Shown here in pieces: positions 60,950-64,000 of a stretch of 64,000 bases of DNA (its first letter is position 1; each line of letters starts with the position of its first letter). Position numbers and translations under genes: made by a program. The stretch comes from the human T2T-CHM13v2.0 reference genome, Homo sapiens. Location: NCBI RefSeq assembly GCF_009914755.1, contig NC_060939.1; one strand, given 5' to 3'. The notes beneath the pieces were generated by a model. That model was given only the letters and a program-made list of their open reading frames with translations. It did not search any database and was not told the origin of the DNA.

Positions 60950-61342
60950 TAAATATGAAAGACATAAAGATAACATTTTTTTCTAAGTTATCAAAGGAAT
61001 CACACAAACTAGGTAAACGATCAAATCTAAAACGTAAGCTCTTGAAACCCATCCTCCCAAACTCCAATCCCTATCCTTACTTGGATCTATTCCCATCCAA
61101 ACTGGATAATAAAACTGGATTAATAAAACCGAGCCAGCAAATAATCTACAATAGTACAATAATACCACAGCTCACCTAATCTCTACTGCATTATTTAGGA
61201 AATGGAACCAAGGAGCTATCTTAAAAAATTTAAAGTCTTTGTATTTTTAAACTGAATCATAAACACCAAAAAGTTTCACATTATTAAAGTGGCTTTGTAA
61301 AATGACAGTTAAAATCTGTATATACTGCAAGGTGTCACCTAC

Positions 61343-61558
61343 CTGATAGTGATGCAATCGGCCACTCTCTCCCTTGGCTCCTGTGTGTCCAACAGTGCCT
61401 AAACCAAAACACCCTGCTACGAACTGCAGCCTCACAGACGTGAGTAGTGTGGAGGACTGGAAGCCTGAACTCAATCTGCTTCCTGCCAGTGAGATGCTAC
61501 CTTTTTCTTCCATCCCAGACAATAGAACGAGGATCTGATGAAGTGCCTCTAAACGAAG
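61343..61558 (-). CDS. HERC1: HERC1 exon (probably exon 27)
   Basis: tcaag|CTT...CAG|gtaggt; LRLEALHQILVLLSGMEEK...LHHYQ; 216 nt. Confidence 0.95.
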
Positions 61559-61764
61559 CTTGAGGAAAAAAACATATTTTAGAGTTCTTCACTTAACTCA
61601 GACATGATGAAACTCTGTATGCCAAAAACAGTATTTTTAACACTTAGAAAATTCTGACATTTCATATGAATCTATTCTAAGATAAACATTTATTTTATTA
61701 TTATTACTTTTTTTGAAGATTTTCTAAAAACTCTATAAGCACACATCAGAATAAAAAAGGTTAG

Positions 61765-61980
61765 AGTACAATAGGAAAAGTAGTAGCTTTGGATGTAGGA
61801 GACATGGTTTCAAGGACAGACTCTTTTATCTTACTGTGTGGCCTTGGGAAAGTCACTTAACTTACTGAATTTGTTTCCTCGTATATAAAATAAGACTAAT
61901 AATACCTTATCTAATCTATTCACACAGCTATTGTGAAGCTCACAAGGAGATATATGTGAAGGTTTCAAAACTATAAGGTA
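61765..61980. mobile_element. MIR
   Basis: tgtgtggccttgggaaagtcacttaac...tgtttcctcgtatataaaat. Confidence 0.75.
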
Positions 61981-62169
61981 GTACTGCTACTGCTTTCTTT
62001 ATTAATAAGTTTATATAGAATGAATACTCTTTAGCCCAGGAATGAGAAATACTTCTGAACTATTTCTCTGTGGTTTTCTTGAACTTCTGCCCCTATCTTC
62101 CCTAGGAAGACACTCCCCATCACTGTAGTTGATCAGCTTATCCTTCTTCTTTAAAAAAAAAAAAAAAAA

Positions 62170-63295
<1,126 letters not shown>

Positions 63296-63351
63296 CCTGA
63301 AGCAGGTGTCTAATTTAAACTGAGACAAATGGGTCAAAAATGAAGGCTCAG

Positions 63352-63655
63352 GGCCAGGAGTGGTGGTTCACACCTGTAATCTCAGCACTTTGGGAGGCCG
63401 AGGCAAGTGGATCACCTGAGGTCAGAAGCTCGAGACCAGCCTGGCCAACATGGTGAAACTTTGTCTCTCCTAATAATACAAAAAAATTAGCCAAGCATGG
63501 TGGCGCATGCCTATAATCTCTGCTACTCTGGAGGCTGAGGCAGGAGAATCACTTGAACCCAGGAGGCAGAGGTTCCAGTGAGTCAAGATCTCACCATTGC
63601 ACTACAGCCTGGGCAACGAGAGCGAAACTCCGTCTCCAAAAAAAAAAAAAAAAAA
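63352..63655 (+). mobile_element. Alu
   Basis: TSD aaggctc. Confidence 0.95.
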
Positions 63656-63945
63656 GGCTCTGATGACCTATTGTCATCAACTAGTCTCACCCTAGTTTGT
63701 AGGAGACATGTGAAGACTTCTGAGTATATTGTTCTGAGAGATGACAATTTTAAAATGCACTTTTGTCTAGTTCAAACAAAATAATGTGCTGTTCTAGTGA
63801 AGAATGTTATGTTTAAAAGCTCAGGTACAGGAAAGGGGAAGGCAAGGAATAGAAGAAAAGGAAAGGTTTTCCCTAGAACTATACATTCAATGGTTCAGTT
63901 TTAAGTTTCCAGAGCTCTCATAAGGAGTAAATATCAAAGACTTAC

Positions 63946-64000
63946 TTCTGCCCTTAACTGCTGCTGTTCCATTGCAATGATGGAGGCCTGGGGACTTGTA
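63946..64000 (-). CDS. HERC1: HERC1 exon (partial, 3' end)
   Basis: TSPQASIIAMEQQQLRAE|gtaagt; phase 0 matches the next exon. Confidence 0.93.

Overview
Human (or near-human primate) genomic DNA lying entirely inside HERC1, the giant HECT/RCC1-like-domain E3 ubiquitin ligase gene, which is on the minus strand. I reconstructed 41 consecutive GT-AG coding exons by hand, the first and last cut by the window edges. Their phases join into one uninterrupted frame of roughly aa 1618-4182; the numbering is inferred from exon lengths plus remembered landmarks, probably exons ~26-66. In protein order the exons encode a helical region, SPRY/B30.2, a small SH3-like barrel, UBA, a Cys/His zinc-binding module, WD40 repeats and the first half of RCC1-like domain 2. 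The introns hold about 39 Alu copies or fragments, L1, L2 and MIR fragments, Tigger- and hAT-derived MITEs, and a two-LTR MER68-like (ERVL) provirus remnant. No new autonomous system is evident. The best leads are a single-exon Zn module resembling one in MYCBP2/PHR ligases, several in-frame alternative acceptors, two candidate cryptic or poison microexons, inverted-Alu dsRNA/circRNA geometry and templated duplications. Repeat boundaries are approximate, and repeat family names come from recall of consensus sequences, not from a search.
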